A stretch of 64,000 bases of DNA. It comes from an uncultured Candidatus Saccharimonas sp. (GTDB taxonomy: Bacteria; Patescibacteriota; Saccharimonadia; Saccharimonadales; OMJO01). Location of the stretch: the NCBI GenBank assembly GCA_943353165.1, contig CALRAM010000002.1, positions 1,716 to 65,715 on the forward strand, in the 5' to 3' direction. The notes beneath the pieces are model-generated. The model made no database searches, was not told the origin of the DNA, and was given only the letters and a program-made list of their open reading frames with translations. The position numbers and the translations under genes are program-made. This document shows, piece after piece, positions 34,523 to 42,278 of this stretch. Numbering within the stretch: the stretch's first letter is position 1; each line of letters opens with the position of its first letter.

Positions 34523-35501
34523 GGATAATTCACTAATAGAATACAGCCAAAGAATTGCAGAGAGCAGTTACGCTGAGGAATACATAGAACTATTGCATGA
34601 AATAAGTGATATCTACGATGATCCGTCATTTTTGAACGCAGAGCCAGTAGTACGTGCCCAAGGGACGACTTTGTACACAACCTCAGGCGTACAGGCCTAC
34701 ACTGAATTGTTCGAACAGCAGGCAATGAACGAACATAGTGCCGGATTATTCTCGCAGCCAGTCATTCGCATCAATCATCTGGATGGCGTGGCACTTGGCT
34801 CGTACGTATCATTCATTAACTTTGGCGCGATGCAAACAGGTGTAAGCGCAGAAAGGCATGCCGAGATTGATGATGCATATTTTGAGGTATTGAAAGCAGC
34901 CAATGATCAGAAAGTAGAGCGCGGCGATATTTCAGAATTTGAAAAAGATGTTGGCAATGTTCGCTATGAAACAACTCAACGAAATTATTTCGTTGATAAT
35001 CTTGATGTTGGAGACGTATTATTCCATAGAATTATTGTACCTAAAATGGGGAGTCTAGCACTTTCTGAGGTAGGAGGTGGTTTTGAAAGGTATTTCTTTG
35101 GTCGTAGCGGCAGCATAATTGAAGAGTCGACAGGTATACCTACGACAGCAGATAATGTTCGTTTTCTTGACACTATCCGAACAGCTGTACTTATGGTCGC
35201 GAACGGCGTAACCGGTTCAAATAATAATCATGGCTATCAATTTAGAAAAGTCGCCAAACGCATGCTGGCCGAAGATTGTTTTGACGATGGTATTGTTGAA
35301 TATGCATTTGAACATACCTTTAACTATTGGCAGAATCAGCGTGGTACTAGCATTGACGTAAGAGATGCGAAAAGCTTGTTAATGGCTGAGGTTTGGCGAC
35401 ACATTAATATTGCTTCGCTAAAATCTGTCGGCCGTTCAGCAAAAAGCAGTACTCAAATTTCATTGCCTCCAAATGATTTTAAAGAAAAATACCAAGTTTA
35501 G
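34515..35501 (+). CDS. AlaRS catalytic-core-like protein (class IIc aaRS fold, no editing or C-Ala domains)
   Basis: Four colinear AlaRS-like motifs. TTLYTTSGVQAYTELF matches PTLLFTNAGMNQFKDVF. SQPVIR matches SQRCVR. SEVGGGFER matches VDTGMGLER. DTIRTAVLMVANGVTGSNNNHGYQFRKVAKR matches DHIR..FLIADGV.PSN.GRGYVLRRIIRR. The ATG at 34515 has a GGGGAGG SD and overlaps the S51 stop by 8 nt. The track ORF starts at 34416. Confidence 0.55.
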   Translation: MARDNSLIEYSQRIAESSYAEEYIELLHEISDIYDDPSFLNAEPVVRAQGTTLYTTSGVQAYTELFEQQAMNEHSAGLFSQPVIRINHLDGVALGSYVSFINFGAMQTGVSAERHAEIDDAYFEVLKAANDQKVERGDISEFEKDVGNVRYETTQRNYFVDNLDVGDVLFHRIIVPKMGSLALSEVGGGFERYFFGRSGSIIEESTGIPTTADNVRFLDTIRTAVLMVANGVTGSNNNHGYQFRKVAKRMLAEDCFDDGIVEYAFEHTFNYWQNQRGTSIDVRDAKSLLMAEVWRHINIASLKSVGRSAKSSTQISLPPNDFKEKYQV

Positions 35502-35503
35502 TT

Positions 35504-36127
35504 TCACTTTTTAAATACAGAAATTGTGCCGATATGTTTTTGGTATGAGTTGGTATAGATAACTCCGCCGTCTTCGGGTATGCAAATAATATTTGTCTTA
35601 TTATCGCTCATTAGAATATTGATCATACTAGTTGGAAAGTCGCGATGATTGTAGTGCGGTATTACTGAAAAACCATTGAGCATATCTAATCCTAAATTAA
35701 CCTGATGAGGCCACTCATTTCTGGGGGCAGTGCGTATAGTCTTTCCTAGGATTATAGCACCAGCGCTACCGCCATATAATACACAACCTTTTTCTAATTG
35801 TTCACGTATGAATACATGAATATTATGCTGTTTTATTACATCCAGTAGATGTCCCGTATTACCTCCGCCAATATAGACTGTGTCGTATAACTGCTCAAGA
35901 AGTGATGCGTCTGGGTTGTGTTCATCAAACACACTTACTGAAGATATATATTTATAGTTTTTCGTGAACCATTCGCAAGCTGTACTGTAGTCTTTTAGAG
36001 CAAGAGCAGTGGGGATGTAGAGGCATTTAATGTCGCCTTTAGGTAAAAGCTTCTTGTATTCAGCGTCGAGTCTTCGAGATTGATGCTCGTCTCCACCACC
36101 TCCAAGTATGATTACGCCATCCATCAT
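35504..36127 (-). CDS. Peptidase S51 family protein, paralog 2
   Basis: CLYIP, VYIGGGNTGHLL, LYGGSAGAIILG and IPHYN motifs. Starts 2 nt after the stop of the SAM synthetase gene. Confidence 0.7.
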   Translation of the reverse strand: MMDGVIILGGGGDEHQSRRLDAEYKKLLPKGDIKCLYIPTALALKDYSTACEWFTKNYKYISSVSVFDEHNPDASLLEQLYDTVYIGGGNTGHLLDVIKQHNIHVFIREQLEKGCVLYGGSAGAIILGKTIRTAPRNEWPHQVNLGLDMLNGFSVIPHYNHRDFPTSMINILMSDNKTNIICIPEDGGVIYTNSYQKHIGTISVFKK

Positions 36128-36129
36128 TG

Positions 36130-37380
36130 CTAATGGTTGACGAGGTTACCGGCAATAAATTCATCAGTAATCTCAGGAATTTTTAAAAGCTCCTCTTCCA
36201 CGATCTGTTTAACGGTATTAGCATCCGCTTCGGTCGTTATACGGGTGTGCCAAGGTTTTAAGAGCATGCCTCCATTCTGTGAGACTATTTCAACGATATT
36301 AGAAAACCCTGTTTCATCATAAATACGTTTGGCGATTTTCTTGGTGCAGACCGCGTATATAAAACCTGCGTAGTATCGAGGATTTTTTCCGTTAGTGCCT
36401 TCCATCGACATCGGTTTCCTTGAGGTTATTAGTCCATTGGTCCGATTTCCGCGACCGACTACGCCAATATCTCCCGAAAGAGACGCTCCGCTTACTGTTA
36501 AATAGAAGTTTTGTGTTTCGTATTTGTCTTTTGTGTTAGTTGATATATTTACTTTATAGTCAGGAAGCTCATTCTCACAAAATACGTGCATTTCTGATGT
36601 AATCATATCAAGGTTTTTCTTGTAAGCTTCATAATCTGGCACATAGGCTGCAATTTGAGGTATACAAGCGGTAATGTCAACATTTATACCCTCCCTATAA
36701 GCCATAACTTTTATATCGGTGCCTAGCCATTTGTTTTCTTTACGTTTTTTATCGCTGGTAAGGTGTCGTTCAAGCTTAATCACAGTTGATTCAAGTGGGC
36801 TAAGTGGTTCATATGCAACACAGAACGATGTGTCATTGGCCACGACGTCTTCATAGCCCCGTACAGATGTTTTTTCTACGGGACTAAACATGTTGGCGAT
36901 TGAGCCTTTGCTTTCTTTGAGTGTGCCAGGTCCAGCATAAGATGTAAGAAGATCAATAATTTTTACTGTATCGTCAAACTCAATCATTGGGAATTTAGCA
37001 GCGAAGTAACTGCGTAAAACATCCTCGATTAAATCTTCAACTGGTAGTTTTTTACCCAAGAAGCTGCGAGAGATGCGACCAGAAAGTACGATTATAATGG
37101 GTTCAACAAATTTTCCTTTGCCGAACGCGACTTCTGTTTTTCCGCCAATCATCATAAGTTTATCGATTTGATGGTGTAATACCATACCGTCGCAATGTTC
37201 AGTCGTGTAGGCGGAATATTTTTGCGAAATTAATGACGATAATTCATCACAGATTGAGTCAGGATGTCCGGCACCTTTCCGTTCAATTAACTCACTGTCT
37301 ATATCGAGCATAGGATTTGTACTAACTACATCAATTTTTCCTGCTTTTACAGATTTTTGACCTATCTTATAACTTCCCAT
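36130..37380 (-). CDS. Archaeal-type S-adenosylmethionine synthetase (methionine adenosyltransferase)
   Basis: ERKGAGHPDSICDE and GASLSGDIGVVGRGNRTNGLITSRKPMSMEGTNGKNP match the archaeal MAT family signature rather than bacterial MetK. Starts 2 nt after the radical-SAM stop. Confidence 0.85.
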   Translation of the reverse strand: MGSYKIGQKSVKAGKIDVVSTNPMLDIDSELIERKGAGHPDSICDELSSLISQKYSAYTTEHCDGMVLHHQIDKLMMIGGKTEVAFGKGKFVEPIIIVLSGRISRSFLGKKLPVEDLIEDVLRSYFAAKFPMIEFDDTVKIIDLLTSYAGPGTLKESKGSIANMFSPVEKTSVRGYEDVVANDTSFCVAYEPLSPLESTVIKLERHLTSDKKRKENKWLGTDIKVMAYREGINVDITACIPQIAAYVPDYEAYKKNLDMITSEMHVFCENELPDYKVNISTNTKDKYETQNFYLTVSGASLSGDIGVVGRGNRTNGLITSRKPMSMEGTNGKNPRYYAGFIYAVCTKKIAKRIYDETGFSNIVEIVSQNGGMLLKPWHTRITTEADANTVKQIVEEELLKIPEITDEFIAGNLVNH

Positions 37381-37382
37381 AC

Positions 37383-38489
37383 TTAATCTCTCTTACTTTT
37401 ATCTTTAATAAAAACTTGCGTTGTTTGAATTATCTCGCCTCGCAGACCCATAATCCTTGCATTAATTGTTCTGTCGGTGTGATTGCAATCTGTGCATTTT
37501 ACTCCTTCTAGTAATTTATCTCTAGAATGTTTGGACGACTCCCATAGACTCCTAAATGAACCATTATTCGCTTCAAGCGAACCAAAAAGTTCACCGTTTG
37601 GATCATCTGGCTGAGAGGCTAGGCAGCACGAAAACACCTCTCCGTAGGGGTTTAGGGCAATTTTGAAATAGGGTACTATGCAGGGATTGCCTGTAATCCG
37701 AGTTAGTTCTTCGTTGGTGCGAATAACGAGTGCATCACCATATATATTTGTGAGGCTGTTCAGTACTTCCTGTAACTCAGCTATCTGCGAATCATCAGGT
37801 TTAATAATGCCATATATATCCTGCTTATAGACTAAACGGTCAATGCCTAAGCTACCAAGTAGATAATTTGCTGTTTTCTGGACGCTTTCAGGGTTGCTAT
37901 TGATCCTACCTAGAATTGCTGTGGCATTTATCTGTAATCGAGGATCAGTAGCTGATTCACGAACATCGACTATCCTACGCATATTTGCAAGAGTCTTCGA
38001 TACTGCTGGATTATCTTCGTGCAGCCCTCTTATCCGATTGTATTCTTGCTGGTTGGTCGTATCTATACTAAATCTTAGCTCATCAATATCTAACAGATAC
38101 TGATCAACTTCCTCGGGTATTTGATTACCGTGAGTTATTAGGCGAGTTCTCATAGTTCGGCTACCAAGATTTGAAAGTAGTCTATCGATTCCCTTATATA
38201 AAAAGGGCTCACCGCCACCCGATACTGATATTTCTTGGACGCCCATTTCTTCGGCCTCGTCAAACAGATCGGAATATTGATCGACGGAGAGCATTTCGTT
38301 TCGCCGAGTCGCGTCATTTCCTACGCCGCCATGGAAGCAATAAGAACAACGATGATTGCAAAGATCTGTCGGATGCACCTCCACTACAATCGGGGCAGGA
38401 TCCTGGCCTAGATCACGTGCAGACAAAACAGATTCAATCGCATCGATCTGCAGCTGTTCGTGTGGGGTAAAAGTGTTCGTAACAGGCAT
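37383..38489 (-). CDS. Radical SAM enzyme (function unknown)
   Basis: CNHRCSYC (CxxxCxxC) cluster motif, SVSGGGEPFLY (GGE motif), and additional C-terminal Cys residues (FSCCLA, KCTDCNH). Confidence 0.85.
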   Translation of the reverse strand: MPVTNTFTPHEQLQIDAIESVLSARDLGQDPAPIVVEVHPTDLCNHRCSYCFHGGVGNDATRRNEMLSVDQYSDLFDEAEEMGVQEISVSGGGEPFLYKGIDRLLSNLGSRTMRTRLITHGNQIPEEVDQYLLDIDELRFSIDTTNQQEYNRIRGLHEDNPAVSKTLANMRRIVDVRESATDPRLQINATAILGRINSNPESVQKTANYLLGSLGIDRLVYKQDIYGIIKPDDSQIAELQEVLNSLTNIYGDALVIRTNEELTRITGNPCIVPYFKIALNPYGEVFSCCLASQPDDPNGELFGSLEANNGSFRSLWESSKHSRDKLLEGVKCTDCNHTDRTINARIMGLRGEIIQTTQVFIKDKSKRD

Positions 38490-38853
38490 TAGTATATTTT
38501 ACACTCCTTTTGTAATGTAAGCAAAAGCGTGATCACCAGAGTGGGAGGTAGTTCCTATTGGGTAGAATACGTGAGTTGACCTTTTTCATTTAAAGGAACC
38601 TAGAGGTCCGTCCTCTATAGGTGTTATTATCGAAAAGTTTGGGAATAGACGAATTGTTTAAATATTTAGGTGGATGGCTGTGAATTATGGGAGCAGTTTG
38701 TAGAATTTATTTATACTAGAGGCCGTTATCCATTTGTTGTCTCCGTGTGCGCCACCACCATCTAGGCGCAGCATTATCCCAATGTCAAGAAATGAATTAG
38801 TTCGATAAAAGCATAAGGGTATTGAAAACATACCATAAATGTTGTCTAGGTTA

Positions 38854-38882
38854 TTGACAATTCGTACGACAGGTGTTAGAAT
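38854..38882 (+). promoter_or_regulatory. Sigma70-like promoter for the LPXTG surface protein gene
   Basis: TTGACA (38854-38859), 17-nt spacer, TAGAAT (38877-38882). AAGGAGAGG SD upstream of the ATG at 38924. Confidence 0.5.
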
Positions 38883-38923
38883 AAGCGACATAAGTTTGAT
38901 TATTGTAAGGAGAGGTCAGTCGT

Positions 38924-40279
38924 ATGAATTTATTTAAAAAGTTTGCCATCCGTGGATTGATAGCTGGAGCATTTATAGCTGCTTCTGTAGCCGTCGGTAC
39001 TATAGTTTTTAGCCCAAAGCATACAAATGCTGTAAACGGCTATGATTGTGACAGCAATGCTGTCATATACTGTGGTGCTCGCTCCGTTCCAGAACTGATA
39101 ACAAAATACGACAATTACGGTTCTGCTGGTCATATTTATAACGACCTTCATAACGTTTATAGTGCTTTTGGCATATCTAGTGATGGTGTTCACAGACTAG
39201 CCAATAATGTGGTTATAGGGCAAGTTCATTCAGACGGTACTGTCTGGATTGGCTCTAAGATGATAGGTCAAAACGCCCTGACAGCCGGTCGCCAAAACAA
39301 GCCTGGTAGTTTTGCCGTTCCTGGCACAGGAGTATTCGCTAGACCACCCAGCGTATCGTTCGATAGTGGTAGCTTGGACGCCTATATAGGTTTTGAAGAC
39401 GGCAAACCTGCCTGGGCTATATTGGCTGCCTGTGGTAACCCAGTCAGCTGGGACCGCCCAACCGTTACTATAGCCAAACAAGTCAAAGACCCAAAGACAG
39501 GGGTTATGGCCGAAAATGCTACTTTCCAAAACGGAGACCACATTCGCTACACTTTGGACGTAGGCAACACTGGTCGTGCAACTGCTAACAATGTTATCGT
39601 ACGCGACTTTTTGCCTGTGGGTCAGACATACGATGTGAACAGTACCAGCGTAGATGGTAGATTTTTTGGAAATGGCGTAGCAGGTAATGGCATAAATATC
39701 GGATCGTTGGCGGTGGGAGCGGTAGTCAAAGTGTCCTTTACTGCGACAGTCAGTCTGCCAGAAACAAATTGTAGCACTACTCGTATGACAAATATTGGTG
39801 CAGTTATACCGGACAATGGTCCGTCTGCTACAGACACGGCCAATACGGATATTGTGGTCAGCTGTGCATCGCAATGTACTCTGTTGAGCGCGCCGACTTA
39901 TGCTATAAAATTGGGCGATAAATTGGTCTTTACTGCTGTAGCTAGTGTAAAAGGTCTGAGTATTTCTGACTACAGCTTCAAGCTAAACACCAAATCGGTA
40001 CAAAGTGGCATGGGCAATACCTACGAGTTTGTTCCTACAGAAACCGGGGAATACACGGTCAGCGTGTTGGTCAAGTTTTCTGACGGCAAAACAGATGGCG
40101 ATAGTGGCGCGTGTGCCAAAATAGTAAAAGTCTACAAAGACGAAATACCTCCAACCCCTCCAACCCCGATACTGCCAAACACTGGCGCGGGCGACATAGT
40201 GGGAATATTTGTAGCCACATCATTTGTAGGTGCGATAGCCCACAAACTTTATATGGCACGCAAGTTTGCGCGTTTGTAA
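38924..40279 (+). CDS. LPXTG-anchored surface protein with DUF11-type repeat domain
   Basis: Signal peptide, a DUF11-like segment (YTLDVGNTGRATANNVIVRDFLP), and a C-terminal sorting signal LPNTGAG followed by a hydrophobic stretch and ARKFARL. Confidence 0.8.
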   Translation: MNLFKKFAIRGLIAGAFIAASVAVGTIVFSPKHTNAVNGYDCDSNAVIYCGARSVPELITKYDNYGSAGHIYNDLHNVYSAFGISSDGVHRLANNVVIGQVHSDGTVWIGSKMIGQNALTAGRQNKPGSFAVPGTGVFARPPSVSFDSGSLDAYIGFEDGKPAWAILAACGNPVSWDRPTVTIAKQVKDPKTGVMAENATFQNGDHIRYTLDVGNTGRATANNVIVRDFLPVGQTYDVNSTSVDGRFFGNGVAGNGINIGSLAVGAVVKVSFTATVSLPETNCSTTRMTNIGAVIPDNGPSATDTANTDIVVSCASQCTLLSAPTYAIKLGDKLVFTAVASVKGLSISDYSFKLNTKSVQSGMGNTYEFVPTETGEYTVSVLVKFSDGKTDGDSGACAKIVKVYKDEIPPTPPTPILPNTGAGDIVGIFVATSFVGAIAHKLYMARKFARL

Positions 40280-40381
40280 AGACTGTGGATAAACCACTAG
40301 TATTATCTGCCTAGATATGCTAGAGTAATACATAGAACTAGAGCACTGACTGACCGCTCAAGTACAAAAAGCTAGATAAAA

Positions 40382-40415
40382 CCCCTTCACTTTAGGCAGA
40401 AGGGGTTTTCATTTT
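40382..40415 (+). terminator. Rho-independent terminator
   Basis: CCCCTTC-ACTTTAGGCA-GAAGGGG followed by TTTTCATTTT. Confidence 0.7.
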
Positions 40416-40450
40416 AACCTCTGTTATGGTAAAATAACGCGGTAAATCGT

Positions 40451-40525
40451 GGTCCCATCTTCTAACGGTTAGGAATTCGGGTTTTCATCCCGGCAATAGG
40501 AGTTCGATTCTCCTTGGGATCACCA
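40451..40525 (+). tRNA. tRNA-Glu (anticodon TTC), CCA encoded
   Basis: Acceptor GGTCCCA/TGGGATC, anticodon stem TCGGG/CCCGG with loop TTTTCAT, T-arm AGGAG TTCGATT CTCCT. Confidence 0.85.
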
Positions 40526-40534
40526 ATCTAAGAG

Positions 40535-40555
40535 CCCCACGCAAGTGGGGTTTTT
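40535..40555 (+). terminator. Rho-independent terminator after tRNA-Glu
   Basis: CCCCAC-GCAA-GTGGGG followed by TTTTT. Confidence 0.75.
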
Positions 40556-40580
40556 AGATTGGTAGTTGCTCGAAGAGCAA

Positions 40581-40630
40581 CGAACTCCTATTGCCGGATC
40601 GACCATAGTCGAAGGCAATAGAGTTCGATA
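40581..40630 (+). repeat. Hairpin repeat unit 1 built from tRNA-Glu 3'-half sequence
   Basis: GAACTCCTATTGCC...GGCAATAGAGTTC forms a long stem. The right arm copies tRNA-Glu 40493-40507 (GGCAATAGGAGTTCG) and the left arm is its inverted copy. Confidence 0.75.
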
Positions 40631-40720
40631 ATCAAAGGCACGCGCAGAAGTTTACTTCGAGCATGACTGCAGATTATATGCGCGAAGGCGCTATATTCTC
40701 CTTGGTAGTCGCGTGGCGAT

Positions 40721-40770
40721 TGTACTCCAATTGCCGGATCGACTTTATTCGAAGGCAATAAAGTTACCGG
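40721..40770 (+). repeat. Hairpin repeat unit 2 (decayed copy of unit 1)
   Basis: TGTACTCCAATTGCCGGATCGACTTTATTCGAAGGCAATAAAGTTACCGG is colinear with unit 1. An 11-nt tRNA-Glu 3' piece (ATTCTCCTTGG) also occurs at 40695-40705. Confidence 0.7.
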
Positions 40771-40829
40771 TTTAGAGATTTTAGGGTTTAACTGTTCATA
40801 ACAAGCATTAGCAGGTACAATAAGCAGTA

Positions 40830-42266
40830 ATGCAATCTACAAATAAAGTCCCAAATACACCAGCCGTTGCCTTTAAGCGCACAAAAATTGTGGCTACTAT
40901 AGGTCCAGCTACTAATAGTTATGAATCTGTACTGGATATGATAAAGGCTGGCGCAAACGCTATGCGTTTGAATTTTAGTCATGGAACATATGAAGAACGC
41001 GACGATCAGTTGGCCTGGGTGCGACGGGCTAGCAATGATTATGGCAAGCCAGTAGCAATCATACAGGATTTGCAAGGACCAAAGGTCAGGCTGGGCGATT
41101 TTGAAGGCTTTATAAATGTAGTCAAAAACCACGCCCTTAGCTTTAAATACAATGCCGATTATGAACGGTCGGGTTTGATACCTACGCAGTATGACCTCAG
41201 TAAACATATGAAACGGGGTGAACGGCTGTATCTGTTTGATGGAAAAATCAGGACCGTCGTTACCAGCATAGTTGACGGTGTTATTCATGCGCGGGCAGAA
41301 AATGACGGCGTGTTGATGAAACGAAAAGGTATGAACCTACCAGATACTGATTTTGAGGGCGATATCATAACCGCAAAAGACAGACAAGATATTGCCTACG
41401 GATCTACCAGAGACATAGATTATGTTGCGCTCAGTTTTGTACAATCGAGCGCTGACATCAGAAAACTCCGTACCATACTAAAAGGCTTGGGTAGTACAGC
41501 CAAAATCATAGCCAAGATAGAGACCAGAGCAGCCGTTGAAAACATCGTTTCTATAATAGAAGAAAGTGACGCCATAATGATAGCCAGAGGAGATTTGGCC
41601 ATAGAGACAGAGGCAGAATCGGTACCCATAGTCCAGAGGCAGATAATAGAACTGGGCCAGCTACACGCCAAACCGACCATAGTTGCTACCCAGATGTTAG
41701 CCAGTATGGTGGAAACATTAGAGCCAACGCGCGCCGAAGTTTCTGATGTAGCTACGGCAGTTTTGCTGGGAGCCGACGCAGTAATGCTCAGCGACGAAAC
41801 AGCCAACGGCAAACATCCCATAGAAGCAGTAAAGGTCATGAAAAGAGTTATTTTGTACAGTCAACAGCACAAATCAATATATTCATCACGGACAGTTCTA
41901 AGGGCAACTCCTACCAAACAAAATGCTATCTCTAACGCCGTGATAAGCTTGGCCGAAAATGTAGATGCTCGTGCCATAGTTGCCGAAACAGCTTCTGGCT
42001 CTACGGCTATGCAGTTGGCCGCCAGGAGGCCAGAAAGGCCAATCGTGGCCGTGACTGCCGATAAACGAACTGCCCAGCAGCTGGCGTTAGTTTATGGAAC
42101 CAAAAGCTACGTCAGACCAATAGACAAATTTGCAGCCACCAAGCTAACAAACTGGTTGCGCCAGAATAAAGTGCTGAACAAAGGCGATATGATAGTTACT
42201 GCTTCTGGACAGTACCCTGGCATGGTGGGAACGACGGATACAATAAAAGTGCGTATGCTGGAATAA
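40830..42266 (+). CDS. pyk: Pyruvate kinase
   Basis: MRLNFSHG, KIETRAAVEN, MIARGDLAIE and MLSDETANG motifs. Confidence 0.95.
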   Translation: MQSTNKVPNTPAVAFKRTKIVATIGPATNSYESVLDMIKAGANAMRLNFSHGTYEERDDQLAWVRRASNDYGKPVAIIQDLQGPKVRLGDFEGFINVVKNHALSFKYNADYERSGLIPTQYDLSKHMKRGERLYLFDGKIRTVVTSIVDGVIHARAENDGVLMKRKGMNLPDTDFEGDIITAKDRQDIAYGSTRDIDYVALSFVQSSADIRKLRTILKGLGSTAKIIAKIETRAAVENIVSIIEESDAIMIARGDLAIETEAESVPIVQRQIIELGQLHAKPTIVATQMLASMVETLEPTRAEVSDVATAVLLGADAVMLSDETANGKHPIEAVKVMKRVILYSQQHKSIYSSRTVLRATPTKQNAISNAVISLAENVDARAIVAETASGSTAMQLAARRPERPIVAVTADKRTAQQLALVYGTKSYVRPIDKFAATKLTNWLRQNKVLNKGDMIVTASGQYPGMVGTTDTIKVRMLE

Positions 42267-42278
42267 AGATTGGTGGGC

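Noticed and set aside
32507-38489. Compositional (GC) shift of the aaRS/radical-SAM cluster as evidence of horizontal transfer
   Set aside because: Hand counts on a few 60-nt lines gave about 35-50 percent GC inside the cluster and about 38-47 percent GC in core genes. The difference is not distinguishable by eye and must be computed properly, so it is not used as evidence.
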